From an uncultured Enterobacterales bacterium (GTDB lineage Bacteria; Myxococcota_A; UBA796; CAJQPC01), in the NCBI GenBank assembly GCA_964567625.1, contig CAZMNK010000003.1:10781-74780 (forward strand): a stretch of 64,000 nucleotides of DNA. Direction: 5' to 3'. Shown in pieces: positions 1 to 8,737 of the stretch. The notes under the pieces are model-generated. The model saw nothing but the letters and a program-made list of their open reading frames with translations. It had not been told where the DNA came from and made no database searches. How positions within the stretch are numbered: the first letter of the stretch is position 1; every line of letters begins with the position of its first letter. The position numbers and the translations under genes are program-made.

Positions 1-629
1 ATGCGGCGGGCCTGGCCCTGGATGATCTCCAGGTCCTCGATGACATCGGGATCCAGGCCCTCTTCGTCCGCCACGCTGAGCAGGTACCCCGCGCGGGTCA
101 GGATGATCCCGGTGGGATTGTTGACCTCGTGGGCAACCCCCGCGCCCAACTGGCCGATCCCCACCATCTTGGCGGCGTGGACCAGTTGGGCCTGGGCCTG
201 CTGAAGCTCCGAGGTGCGACGGACGACCCGGTCCTCCAGTTCCTCGTTGAGGGTGTTGAGATCGCCCTGTTTCTCCAAGACCCGCAATCGCAGGTCCTCC
301 AGAGCCCGGGCCAACTCCCCGATCTCTCCCTCGAGTCGGGGAATGGGCGTTTGCTGGGCCCATCCCTCCCGAGTGGCAGTACGCACGTGGCGCACGACCT
401 GGCCCAGGGGCCGCGTGACAAGCAGGTCCAGGGCCCAGGCCAACCCCACACCCCCGACGAGGGCAAACACAAAGTAGAGCGCCAGGATCCCCTGCTGTGC
501 ACCGGTCTCAAAGCCACGTGTCAGCCATTCCACGAACAGCAACGAACCCACGATGAACAGGGTCACCGTGGCCGAGAGGCGAAGGGAGAGCGGGGAACTG
601 ACCCCTGGGAGGTTTAGGCGAAAGGCCAT
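1..629 (-). CDS. Sensor histidine kinase, N-terminal part (2 TM helices, HAMP-like linker, HisKA H-box). The C-terminus lies beyond the window start.
   Basis: Absent from the ORF track because it runs off the window edge. My reverse-complement translation from ATG 629..627 gives MAFRLNLPGVSSPLSLRLSATVTLFIVGSLLFVEW...ILALYFVFALVGGVGLAWALDLLVTRPLGQVVRHV...LEDRVVRRTSELQQAQAQLVHAAKMVGIGQLGAGVAHEVNNPTGIIL. That shows two hydrophobic helices, a coiled linker, and an H-box (AHEVNNP) very like the one in the kinase at 19958..21658. Confidence 0.8.
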   Translation of the reverse strand, partial: MAFRLNLPGVSSPLSLRLSATVTLFIVGSLLFVEWLTRGFETGAQQGILALYFVFALVGGVGLAWALDLLVTRPLGQVVRHVRTATREGWAQQTPIPRLEGEIGELARALEDLRLRVLEKQGDLNTLNEELEDRVVRRTSELQQAQAQLVHAAKMVGIGQLGAGVAHEVNNPTGIILTRAGYLLSVADEEGLDPDVIEDLEIIQGQARR

Positions 630-643
630 GGACTCCGAGGGTA

Positions 644-1372
644 CTACTCCCTGTCGTAGCCCCCGTGGCTGTGGCCTTCGTGGAGTTCTTCCCCGGGGAG
701 CCAGTTGATGCAGGTCACCGGGCAGGCGTCGATGGCGTCCTGGATCAGGTCCATCGGACCCTCCTGCTTGAGCACCTCGGCCTTGTCCTCCTCCTGGCCC
801 GCCGGGGCCTCCGGGAGCAAGAAGACCTTGTCGGTGTTCTCCTCGCAGGTCCCACACGAGATGCAGTCATGCTGGTTGATGGTCAAGGTCAATCCCGCGG
901 CCCTGGCCCGACCCGACTCGTTGTCCACCGGCCCCCAGAATGCAGCGCCATCTCCGGCCAGGTTCATACCCTCCCCAGCCAGCTCGACGGCGCGGCCATT
1001 GGCCCGAGCCCGAGCCTTGTAGGCCTCGATGTCCGTGGAACTGGCGTCCGCGTGCACGGCCTTGTCCAGATTCCCCATGGCAGCCTGGGCGGCAATGCTG
1101 GAGAAACTGGTGCCTCCACCGACGGTCGGTGTGGCCTCTTGCTCCGACCCGGACTCGCTGGGCGGCGACGAGTTCAGCACGTCGTCTACCCAGTCCAGGG
1201 CGTCGGACAGAGGGAGGGCAGCATCGGCAGTGGGCTCTGACGCCGAAGGACTGGCGCCCACCGTCTTGGTCGGTGTCCAGCTTGCGATCGGCGCCGAAGT
1301 GCCCCGAGCTTCCTCGGGCTTCTTGCTGTTCGACATGCGACGCACGCCGCGACCAACCAGGGAACGAATCAT
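644..1372 (-). CDS. Ferredoxin-domain protein with a long low-complexity N-terminal region
   Basis: The C-terminal ~70 aa carry a single-cluster ferredoxin pattern, DCISCGTCEE...DACPVTCI (CxxCxxC...CP). The N-terminal ~130 aa are Ser/Pro/Ala/Thr-rich. A GAGGAG lies about 10 nt upstream of ATG 1372. An alternative ATG is at 1336. Confidence 0.65.
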   Translation of the reverse strand: MIRSLVGRGVRRMSNSKKPEEARGTSAPIASWTPTKTVGASPSASEPTADAALPLSDALDWVDDVLNSSPPSESGSEQEATPTVGGGTSFSSIAAQAAMGNLDKAVHADASSTDIEAYKARARANGRAVELAGEGMNLAGDGAAFWGPVDNESGRARAAGLTLTINQHDCISCGTCEENTDKVFLLPEAPAGQEEDKAEVLKQEGPMDLIQDAIDACPVTCINWLPGEELHEGHSHGGYDRE

Positions 1373-1397
1373 GGCTCAGGAACTCCTCTGGCGCTGC

Positions 1398-1712
1398 TCA
1401 ATCCCTAAGCAGCAAGCGCTGAACTGGCCTGCCGCCCTGGAGGTGGGACTTCACGATCTCCGAGACGTCCTTGGCCTCAACACCGCCGTACCACACCCCT
1501 TCGGGGTAGATGGCAAGAATAGCTCCGTCCGCGCAGGGTCCGAGGCAATTCGTGGTGTTGATCTTCACCGTGTCCCACAGTTCCTCTTCCTCTCGGGCCT
1601 CGTGCAAGGCGAAGAGCACGTCCTGGCTACCGCGTTCGCCACAACTGCCCTTGGGGTGACCCGGCGGGCGGCGGTTCTGGCAGACAAGAATGTGGTGCTT
1701 CCAGTCCAGCAT
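1398..1712 (-). CDS. Thioredoxin-like [2Fe-2S] ferredoxin
   Basis: HILVCQNRRPPGHPKGSCGERG...NCLGPCADGAILAIYPEGVWYG. The four-Cys pattern C-x12-C...C-x3-C and the 104-aa size are typical of NuoE-type thioredoxin-like ferredoxins. Confidence 0.8.
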   Translation of the reverse strand: MLDWKHHILVCQNRRPPGHPKGSCGERGSQDVLFALHEAREEEELWDTVKINTTNCLGPCADGAILAIYPEGVWYGGVEAKDVSEIVKSHLQGGRPVQRLLLRD

Positions 1713-1721
1713 CGCCCGGAT

Positions 1722-2138
1722 CTAACGCAACCGGCGCTTCGCTGGCGACACGCGACGCCAGTCACCGCCATTCACCTGCCGGCCCTTCAGGGCACGAACC
1801 TGGCTTTCGTCCATGGAGTAGACCCAGGCGTGCACCATCCGATGACCGGTCTGTACCTGGTTCAGTTCCCGCCGAAAAAGACCCCGATCGACCCCCTCGA
1901 ACAGGTCCAACACCTTCAAGATGCCTCCCCGTTCCAGGGCCACGATCTCCCCCTGGACCCACCCGCCGCCGGGAAGTCCGCCCTTTCTCGCCACCAGGGC
2001 CGGATAGCCAGCAGGCAACCGGTACAGGGTTCCCTGGATCCGGGCTGGCCATCGCTCAAGGCCGGTCAGGTATCCATCCGACTCCTGGCCCAGGAGCAGC
2101 GTTCCATAGACAAACAAGGGCGTGTCTTGCTGACTCAT
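1722..2138 (-). CDS. Gamma-glutamylcyclotransferase / AIG2-like (GGACT) family protein
   Basis: An N-terminal LFVYGTLLLG motif, 138 aa, and a C-terminal VHAWVY strand fit the AIG2/GGCT fold. Its start shares 1 nt with the upstream stop (TGATG at 2136..2140). Confidence 0.65.
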   Translation of the reverse strand: MSQQDTPLFVYGTLLLGQESDGYLTGLERWPARIQGTLYRLPAGYPALVARKGGLPGGGWVQGEIVALERGGILKVLDLFEGVDRGLFRRELNQVQTGHRMVHAWVYSMDESQVRALKGRQVNGGDWRRVSPAKRRLR

Positions 2139-3811
2139 CAGGTCCGATGTTCCTCGACCCAGGCCAGAATTCGATCCACCAGGAGCCGCAAGCGCTGGTG
2201 AAGCTCCCGGTCTTCAGGCTCGCTTCGCAATCGCGCAAAGAAACCCTCGTCCAACAACAGGCGATCTCGCACCGTCACAGCCACCCCCAGTGCCTGGAGG
2301 ACGCGGGCCAGGTCCTCCCCGCGAAGTCCTCCGCGAGCCCGGCGAGAAACCACCCATCCCTGGTCAGCGGCAAAGGCATCCAGAAGTCCGATGACATCCC
2401 CCAGGTCCTCTCCCACGCGAAGGACCCGTAAGCCCCGTTCTCCGGTCCACACCTCGACCCGCGGACCCGCCTGGCGGTGCAGGATCAACAGCCCCGTCAA
2501 CATGGCCAGGTGAGGAACATGGGCCAGGACCCTCAGGCGCAGGCTCACGGTGTCCGGAATGGCCCGGGGAATCGGCTCGCCCGGGTACAAAAGTCCCCCG
2601 TGTACCACTTGCCGCGCCTCCGCCAGGTGGGGCAGACGAACCGCGTTCTTCTCCCGAGCACCGCTCGCCAACAGCCGGTTGACCGCCTTGACGCCCCCCA
2701 GCAAGAGGATGAGGGCTGGAGGCAGGGTCAGGACCAGGCCATCCAGGTCGAGCTGATCCAGGAACGGAGCGGACTGTGCCACGGGTTCCGCACTCGGCTC
2801 CCCGGCCATGGGAAAGGTCTCGAGGCCTCGTCCCATGAGAATCCGGTCCAGAGCATCCGCCCGCTCCGCCGGGTCCACAGCCCCCCCGAAGACACGCTGA
2901 TCCCAGCCCGCATACCGCCCTCGGAGGACCTGGATCCGCTCGGAGACCCCGGGGTCCTCTCCGTCCTCCTGGCCCAGCAACGCCAGGTACGACCGGTAGT
3001 CCGGGTCGGACAGTGCCACCCCAACTGCCGTCTCTGTGAGCTGGGATCGCAGCACTGCGCCCCGGCTGACCACCAGGCCATCCGCCAGGCGGTGAGCATC
3101 CCCCCGCCTCACCGCGAGCTTCATGGCATCGCCAAGCGGAAATTTCCGGGCGCCTGCCCGGTCCAGAATGGCCCGCACATGGCCGGGAGACAACTCCCCG
3201 TGATCCAGCAAGGCCCCCAGGACCAGGCGGTAGACCTCGGGCACGTCCCCGGTGTCCTCCTTCAGAGAGACCATCGGCTGTGTCATCGGCTCGGGTGTTG
3301 CCTGCGCCGGGAAGGGGAGCGCCATCTGGTTGCGTTCCACCTTGAGCGCCCACCGCCGGAAACGCATCGCTGGTTCCAGGAGCGCGTGGACCGAGGTCGC
3401 CCGTCGATAGGAGGTGGTGTCCGCCATTTCCGGCTGCTGACGACGAATGGTGTAGGCAATGTCGTCCACGTCGGGCAGTTCCGCGCTCCGGCCCTCCATC
3501 AGGTCCCGCACGAAGGAATTGGACCAGGCAGCCCGGGCATAGACCTCCGGACGCTCCTCGCCGGCATAGACGAATTCCAGGCCCAGGGGCGTGAGCCGAG
3601 GGTCCTCCCCTGGCTCCAGCATGGCCAGCCACTCACCCGCCTGGGTGTAGTAGTGAACAGTCCGGACTTCACAGTCCAGCAACCCGGACAGACTACGCGG
3701 ATCCCGCACACCCTGGGCCACCAGTTCGAGCAGCCGTGTCAGCAGCTGAACGTTGTTGGCGTTCGGCACCAGAGTGTGCCGCGGTGGGCGAGGCGGCATT
3801 GGCCCAACCAT
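2138..3811 (-). CDS. Hypothetical protein, 557 aa, no family recognised
   Basis: Long ORF with strong GC3 codon bias and ordinary amino-acid composition. It is the first gene of a tightly packed minus-strand operon. The overlapping plus-strand ORF 2477..4327 has the Arg/Pro/Gly/His-rich composition typical of antisense artefacts. Confidence 0.6.
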   Translation of the reverse strand: MVGPMPPRPPRHTLVPNANNVQLLTRLLELVAQGVRDPRSLSGLLDCEVRTVHYYTQAGEWLAMLEPGEDPRLTPLGLEFVYAGEERPEVYARAAWSNSFVRDLMEGRSAELPDVDDIAYTIRRQQPEMADTTSYRRATSVHALLEPAMRFRRWALKVERNQMALPFPAQATPEPMTQPMVSLKEDTGDVPEVYRLVLGALLDHGELSPGHVRAILDRAGARKFPLGDAMKLAVRRGDAHRLADGLVVSRGAVLRSQLTETAVGVALSDPDYRSYLALLGQEDGEDPGVSERIQVLRGRYAGWDQRVFGGAVDPAERADALDRILMGRGLETFPMAGEPSAEPVAQSAPFLDQLDLDGLVLTLPPALILLLGGVKAVNRLLASGAREKNAVRLPHLAEARQVVHGGLLYPGEPIPRAIPDTVSLRLRVLAHVPHLAMLTGLLILHRQAGPRVEVWTGERGLRVLRVGEDLGDVIGLLDAFAADQGWVVSRRARGGLRGEDLARVLQALGVAVTVRDRLLLDEGFFARLRSEPEDRELHQRLRLLVDRILAWVEEHRT

Positions 3812-3872
3812 AGCCCGAAGGGCGCCCCCGCGAGGGGCCGGCTATGCTCCCCGACAAGACGAAGGAGACTCC

Positions 3873-4313
3873 ATGCTCGCGACACCCGCCCTGCTCATTC
3901 TCATGGCCTGCGGCACCAGCAACATCCAGACCGACGACACCGGCACTTCCGACACAGACACCAACACCAACACCAACAGCGACCAGGCACCGGCCATCGA
4001 TTCCGCCAATGCCTATTGCTACTACCACTCCACTGGAGACCCCTTCTACCAGTGGGCGATGGACGCCAACGTCGACGATCCCCAGGGTCGCGACACCATC
4101 GAGACCTCCAACACCGTCGAGGTCTACCGCAGCGATACCTTGCAGGCCTCCTATGGACTGGTCTGTGGTCCCACCAACCCCTGCATCGGCTCCTTCAAGG
4201 AGTCCGACAATGGGATCGCCTGCGACTCAGCCAGCGAGTACGTCTTCCTTTTCCTGGTCAGCGACGAGGACGGAAACACCACCTCCCTGGAAGTGACCGG
4301 CTCCCAGCAGTGA
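3873..4313 (+). CDS. Lipoprotein with a Thr/Asp/Asn-rich linker, function unknown
   Basis: MLATPALLILMACGTSN has a lipobox (LMAC). GGAG lies about 6 nt upstream of ATG 3873. The track ORF beginning at 3753 is over-extended at the N-terminus. Confidence 0.7.
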   Translation: MLATPALLILMACGTSNIQTDDTGTSDTDTNTNTNSDQAPAIDSANAYCYYHSTGDPFYQWAMDANVDDPQGRDTIETSNTVEVYRSDTLQASYGLVCGPTNPCIGSFKESDNGIACDSASEYVFLFLVSDEDGNTTSLEVTGSQQ

Positions 4314-4353
4314 GTCCACCTCCCTGACGGCAGGTCCCTCTTCTTCCAGGGCG

Positions 4354-6591
4354 TCAGGAGATGAAGTACCGGGGCGGGACCCAGGTCCAGCCACTGGAAC
4401 CGGTTCCGCTGACCTCGACTTCCAGGCATTCGCGAATGCCGGCGATCAGGTCCGTGACATCGAGCACGGTGTGCTGTTCCAATACCGGGCTCTGGGCAAT
4501 ACCCGGCACGTTCTTCTGCCCGAGTGCCCGGGTCGGAAGTCCAGGGAATCGCTCGACCACGTGCCCCTGGATGGCCCGCACAAAGCCCGCGAAGTTCCGA
4601 TCCTCAGCCGCCACCACCAACCGACCGGTGCGGCCCACACTCTCGTACACCAGGTCGAGATCCGGGGGTACAAGCGTCCTCAAGTCGATGACTTCAGCAC
4701 TGATCCCCTCCGCCTCCAGCTTTCTGGCAGCATCCAGTGCGGTCCAGACCATTCGTCCCCAGGCCACCAGGGTCAGGTCCCTGCCCGGCCGCCGAATGAT
4801 CCCCTTTCCAAATGGCACCCGAAGGTCCTTGGGAAGGTCAGGAATCTCACCCCGCATCACCGCTCGCTTCATGGCGGCGATTTCACTGGCCTCCGTCGGC
4901 TCGCCCGGGAAAGCGGGTCCCAGGGTCTGGCGGTACATCCATTTCGGCTCCAGGACCACAACGGGGCCGTCGTACTCGCTGGCGGTCATCAACAGGCCGT
5001 AGACATCCCAGGACGTGCTGGGCATCAGGAGCACCAGTCCTGGAATGGATGAGAAATACCCGTCCAGGGACATGGAGTGGTACACGGCACCGCCACCAAA
5101 GGGATCGGTGGGCATGCGCAGAGTGACCCGCGTACTGCTCTGACCGTTGGAGCACCAGAACAGGTTCCCCATGTGGACAAGCCAGTGGAAGGCGTTGAGG
5201 GAGTAGTCCCCGAACTGAATCTCCGGCAGGGCGCGAACCTCGTGGTGCAGGCCAACACCCACCGCCGTGCCCACGATCAGGGGCTCGTTCAGGGGCGCAT
5301 CGATGACGTGGTCCGGGTGGCGCTTCTTGAGTCCTGCAGTGGCCTGCATGACCCCTCCCAGGCCACCGACATCCTGTCCCAGGATCAGCCCCCCGCACTC
5401 CGAGATGTTGTGGTCCAGGGCTGCACGGATAGCGGCCGCATAGGACACATTGGTGGTGCCGGGTCCGGGAGAGCCTTCCGAAACCTCCGGGAAGGGAGGG
5501 TGGATGTGCTCCATCACCGACTCGACCCGAGGATCGCCCTCCTTCCGCACCGCGTCCATCGTGGCCTTGATGGCCTCGTCCTGTCGTGCCGCGATGTTCC
5601 CGAGGGCATGGTGGGCAAAGAAGTCTCGCCCCTCGCCCTCGATTCGCTTCAGCACATCCTCGGGGTCCAGGACTCCCTTTTCCACCAGCGCCTCTCCAAA
5701 GGCGATGAGGGGGTCCTCCTGCTTGAGGTCGAAGGTCATGTCCGCGGCCGAGGAGTGACCGTTGAAACGAGGCAGGTCGTGGACGTAGAGGAAAGCCGGC
5801 TTCTCCTCGTCCCGGACGTAGACGCCCGCTTCATGGGCCGCCCGGTAGCAGTCCCAGAAATCACGGCCATCACACTCGAAGAACTTGACTGCAAACCCGG
5901 TGGAATAGGCCTCGAAGTCCTTGATGCCACGGCCATCATCGGGACCGGTCGAGATCGCGATCCCGTTGTCGGTGACCATGATGATCAGGGGGAGGCCCCA
6001 CACACTGGCCGCGTTCATGGCGTCGTGCATGTCCCCTTCGGCGGTGGTTCCATCCCCGACAATGCCCACGGACATCCCGCCCTGAATCCCTCGACGCTTC
6101 AGACCCATGGCCCAGCCCGCAGCCTTGCCCAGCTGCATGCCGACGGGACTCTGGACAGGCAGGATCCCGATCTCCGGGATGTCCAGGTGGTTGACCATCT
6201 GACGGCCACCGCTCATGCCATCGGACTCCTTGGAGAACTGCTGGCGCAACACGGCCGAGCTGAAGTCTTCCCACTCGTGAAGGGCGGCCCACATGCTGAC
6301 CAGTGCCCCCGAACGGTAGTGCGGCACCATCCCGAACTTCTTCACATCCCCGATCACATGGGACCAGGCCAGTGCGGTCGCGGTGCCGTGGACCTCTTCC
6401 CCCGGACCCCAGATCGCGAACTTGACGTCACCCCGTGCCGCAAGGCGCACGATGTGCTCCTCCAGCACACGAGAGCCACAGGCGACCTCGTATGCGAGCC
6501 GAAGCTCCTGGGTGGTGGGCTTGTCGGTGACCACAAGCTCGGGGGCCTTGCCCTTCGTGCCGGTCTCACCGGATGCCACGGAGCTGCTCAT
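4354..6591 (-). CDS. 2-oxoacid dehydrogenase E1 component, fused alpha/beta subunits (TPP-dependent)
   Basis: TPP-binding motif GDGTTAEGDMHDAMNAASVWGLPLIIMVTDNGIAIS (GDG-x25-N) is in the N-terminal half. The C-terminal half looks like an E1-beta/transketolase pyrimidine-binding plus C-terminal domain (DAPLNEPLIVGTAVG..., EVIDLRTLVPPD). Confidence 0.8.
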   Translation of the reverse strand: MSSSVASGETGTKGKAPELVVTDKPTTQELRLAYEVACGSRVLEEHIVRLAARGDVKFAIWGPGEEVHGTATALAWSHVIGDVKKFGMVPHYRSGALVSMWAALHEWEDFSSAVLRQQFSKESDGMSGGRQMVNHLDIPEIGILPVQSPVGMQLGKAAGWAMGLKRRGIQGGMSVGIVGDGTTAEGDMHDAMNAASVWGLPLIIMVTDNGIAISTGPDDGRGIKDFEAYSTGFAVKFFECDGRDFWDCYRAAHEAGVYVRDEEKPAFLYVHDLPRFNGHSSAADMTFDLKQEDPLIAFGEALVEKGVLDPEDVLKRIEGEGRDFFAHHALGNIAARQDEAIKATMDAVRKEGDPRVESVMEHIHPPFPEVSEGSPGPGTTNVSYAAAIRAALDHNISECGGLILGQDVGGLGGVMQATAGLKKRHPDHVIDAPLNEPLIVGTAVGVGLHHEVRALPEIQFGDYSLNAFHWLVHMGNLFWCSNGQSSTRVTLRMPTDPFGGGAVYHSMSLDGYFSSIPGLVLLMPSTSWDVYGLLMTASEYDGPVVVLEPKWMYRQTLGPAFPGEPTEASEIAAMKRAVMRGEIPDLPKDLRVPFGKGIIRRPGRDLTLVAWGRMVWTALDAARKLEAEGISAEVIDLRTLVPPDLDLVYESVGRTGRLVVAAEDRNFAGFVRAIQGHVVERFPGLPTRALGQKNVPGIAQSPVLEQHTVLDVTDLIAGIRECLEVEVSGTGSSGWTWVPPRYFIS

Positions 6592-6745
6592 TCAGCGCCT
6601 CCAGAGAAGATCAGAACTGTGCCACTGGTCTCCTATCACGTCCGGGCCTGCACAGGTGGCGATAGCCTTCCCTCACCCGGTTTCCCGGGACAGTTTCCGG
6701 ACCTTTCCGGGCCAGCCGGGCCTCCGGGCGCCGACCATCCCGGAC

Positions 6746-7981
6746 TCAGATCACCAGGCGCTCGTGGGCATCGAAACCCCGGCCGATTCGAAAGGCCTCG
6801 ATCGAGGCCCGGGTCCCCAGGACATCCACCTCGGAGACCGAGCGACCCGCCTCGGCCAGAGCGGTGGCAACCAGGGCCGTAAACGGGCCAAACATGGCCC
6901 CGTGACCTGAAAATCCCACCAGCCGCAACAGGTTGGACAGCCTCGGATCGAAGTCCAGGAAGGGGTTGTGATCGGGGGTGGTGCCATAGAAGCCACTGGT
7001 GGTCGCCGTGACACCGGCAAAGTCCATGGCCTCCGGCACCACATCCGCCACGTTCATCCAGGCGTGAAAGGGGCGCGCGTCCACACCCGACGCGTGGTAG
7101 TACTGCTCCTCGGCGCTGTCCTGGTCCTCATAGGTAAAAGAGGCTGCCTGGTCCGCCGCTTCGTGGGCCCAGCCCACCATCAGGCTCTTCGGGTTCTCGG
7201 GCCGAAAATAGGTGCCTGTCGGGGAAATGACCAGGGGCATGTCCATGAAGCGCTCCGCAGTCATCGCCTCACCCCGGTCGATGAACCACAGGTACCGCTT
7301 GTAGGCCGCCACCTGGAGAGGTTCAGAGCCCAGGATGGCACCCACCCGACGGGTCCAGGCATTCGTACAGTCCAGGAACAGGTCGGCTTCAAACCAACCC
7401 TTGGCCGTTCGCACCGCTTCCAGGGATCCCCCCGAGGTACGGGCCTCGACGACCGGGGCCCGAAGAACCACCTGGCCACCCCCGCGACGGCAGGCCTCCG
7501 CCGCATCGGTGTAGACGATCTCCGGCCGCAGGAAGCCATCGCTCGGACACCAGCTTCCTCCTGTGATCACAGCCGGGTCCACCCAGTCAAACCGGGCCTG
7601 TACCCCTTCGGGTTCAAGGGCCTCCACGTCGGTCAGTCCCCAGGACTGCTGTTCCCGCACGAGCTCCCGAGCGCCCGACCAGGCCTCCTGCTCGTCATAG
7701 AGGAACAGGTACCCCCGCTGCACAATCGGGCTCTCCACCCCCCCGATCATCTCCCGCCAGCGACGGTAGAAATCGACGGAATGCCGCATGCCCACCACGG
7801 TGTCTCTCGTGCTGAACTGTTGACGAATGCCCGCTGCAGTCCGCGAAGAGGATCCTGCCCCCAGGTGTTCCCCTTCCAGGACGGTCACGGCCCACCCCTG
7901 CTGTAGAAGCGCATGGGCGCACAGAGTCCCCGTGATGCCACCCCCGATCACCACCGCTGTTCTGCTCTGTCCTGCTCCCAC
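6746..7981 (-). CDS. FAD-dependent oxidoreductase (DAO / glycine-D-amino-acid oxidase family)
   Basis: Rossmann dinucleotide motif VVIGGGITGTLCAHALLQQGWAVTVLEGEHLGAGSSSRTAAG. I place the start at GTG 7981, with GGAG 7 nt upstream and the motif about 10 aa from the N-terminus. The longest ORF extends to GTG 8104. Confidence 0.7.
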   Translation of the reverse strand: MGAGQSRTAVVIGGGITGTLCAHALLQQGWAVTVLEGEHLGAGSSSRTAAGIRQQFSTRDTVVGMRHSVDFYRRWREMIGGVESPIVQRGYLFLYDEQEAWSGARELVREQQSWGLTDVEALEPEGVQARFDWVDPAVITGGSWCPSDGFLRPEIVYTDAAEACRRGGGQVVLRAPVVEARTSGGSLEAVRTAKGWFEADLFLDCTNAWTRRVGAILGSEPLQVAAYKRYLWFIDRGEAMTAERFMDMPLVISPTGTYFRPENPKSLMVGWAHEAADQAASFTYEDQDSAEEQYYHASGVDARPFHAWMNVADVVPEAMDFAGVTATTSGFYGTTPDHNPFLDFDPRLSNLLRLVGFSGHGAMFGPFTALVATALAEAGRSVSEVDVLGTRASIEAFRIGRGFDAHERLVI

Positions 7982-8155
7982 CTTGCCGCTCCAGCCCCCG
8001 ATCCTACCGCGGGGATTCGTCCTGCCTGCACCGTCCTCACCGTCCCCCGGGCCCGGAACCTGGCTCCAGGAACCCGGAGGCCTCGATCTCCAGTTTCTTG
8101 CCACCCTCTGGCCGAGGACCTATGGACGCTCAAGCCAGACCCAGGAGGCCCTTCT

Positions 8156-8737
8156 ATGCTCTGGACTCTCTCCCTTCTCCTTCCCCTGCACGCTGCACCC
8201 CCTGCCGGTTTCCAGCAGACCGACCAGGAACATGGCTGCACGTTCTACAAGGGCCCCAAAGACGCCAACGGGAACGAGTCCCTGATGGCGGACTGCTACT
8301 GGCCTGAGATCTCCGCGGAGCGAATGGACCAATTGCTGATGCCCTGGGGAGAACACAACAAGTACTTCTCCAGCGTCTCGGTCTCCGAGGTTGTGAGCCC
8401 GAAGGGCGACAAGAGCCGGGTGCGACAGGTCCACCAGGCCTCCGGGATCTCCGACCGGGAAGTGATGCTGGTGATGTGGCGAGCCCCCGCCAAGGGAGGC
8501 CAGCGCTACCAGTGGACCAAGGACACGGACCAGTCCGGGAGGACGGGCGACATGGTGATGCCGGACCAGGACGACGGAGGCTGGACTGTGATTCCCGATG
8601 ACCGCGGAGGCGTCCGGGTCGAGTACGACCTGCTCTATGACCCGGGAGGATCCGTGCCCGGGTTCGTCGTCCGTTGGTTCCAGGGCTCCGGCTTCGTGCA
8701 GATTGTCGGAGAAATGCGAGAAGCAGCCCTTCCGTGA
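8156..8737 (+). CDS. Secreted START/SRPBCC-like lipid-binding domain protein, paralog 1
   Basis: Signal-like N-terminus MLWTLSLLLPLHAAP, with AGGAGG 7 nt upstream of ATG 8156. The C-terminal motif YDPGGSVPGFVVRWFQ resembles the START-domain D-x-x-G-s-i-P-x-w-l-v-n region. About 190 aa. Confidence 0.55.
   Translation: MLWTLSLLLPLHAAPPAGFQQTDQEHGCTFYKGPKDANGNESLMADCYWPEISAERMDQLLMPWGEHNKYFSSVSVSEVVSPKGDKSRVRQVHQASGISDREVMLVMWRAPAKGGQRYQWTKDTDQSGRTGDMVMPDQDDGGWTVIPDDRGGVRVEYDLLYDPGGSVPGFVVRWFQGSGFVQIVGEMREAALP

Noticed and set aside
6609-6624. Sigma-54-like TGGCAC element (minus strand TGGCACAGTTCTGATC) upstream of the E1 gene
   Set aside because: The -12 element is TGAT rather than TTGC. The implied transcription start would also fall on or after the RBS, only about 9 nt from the ATG, so this is not a credible promoter.
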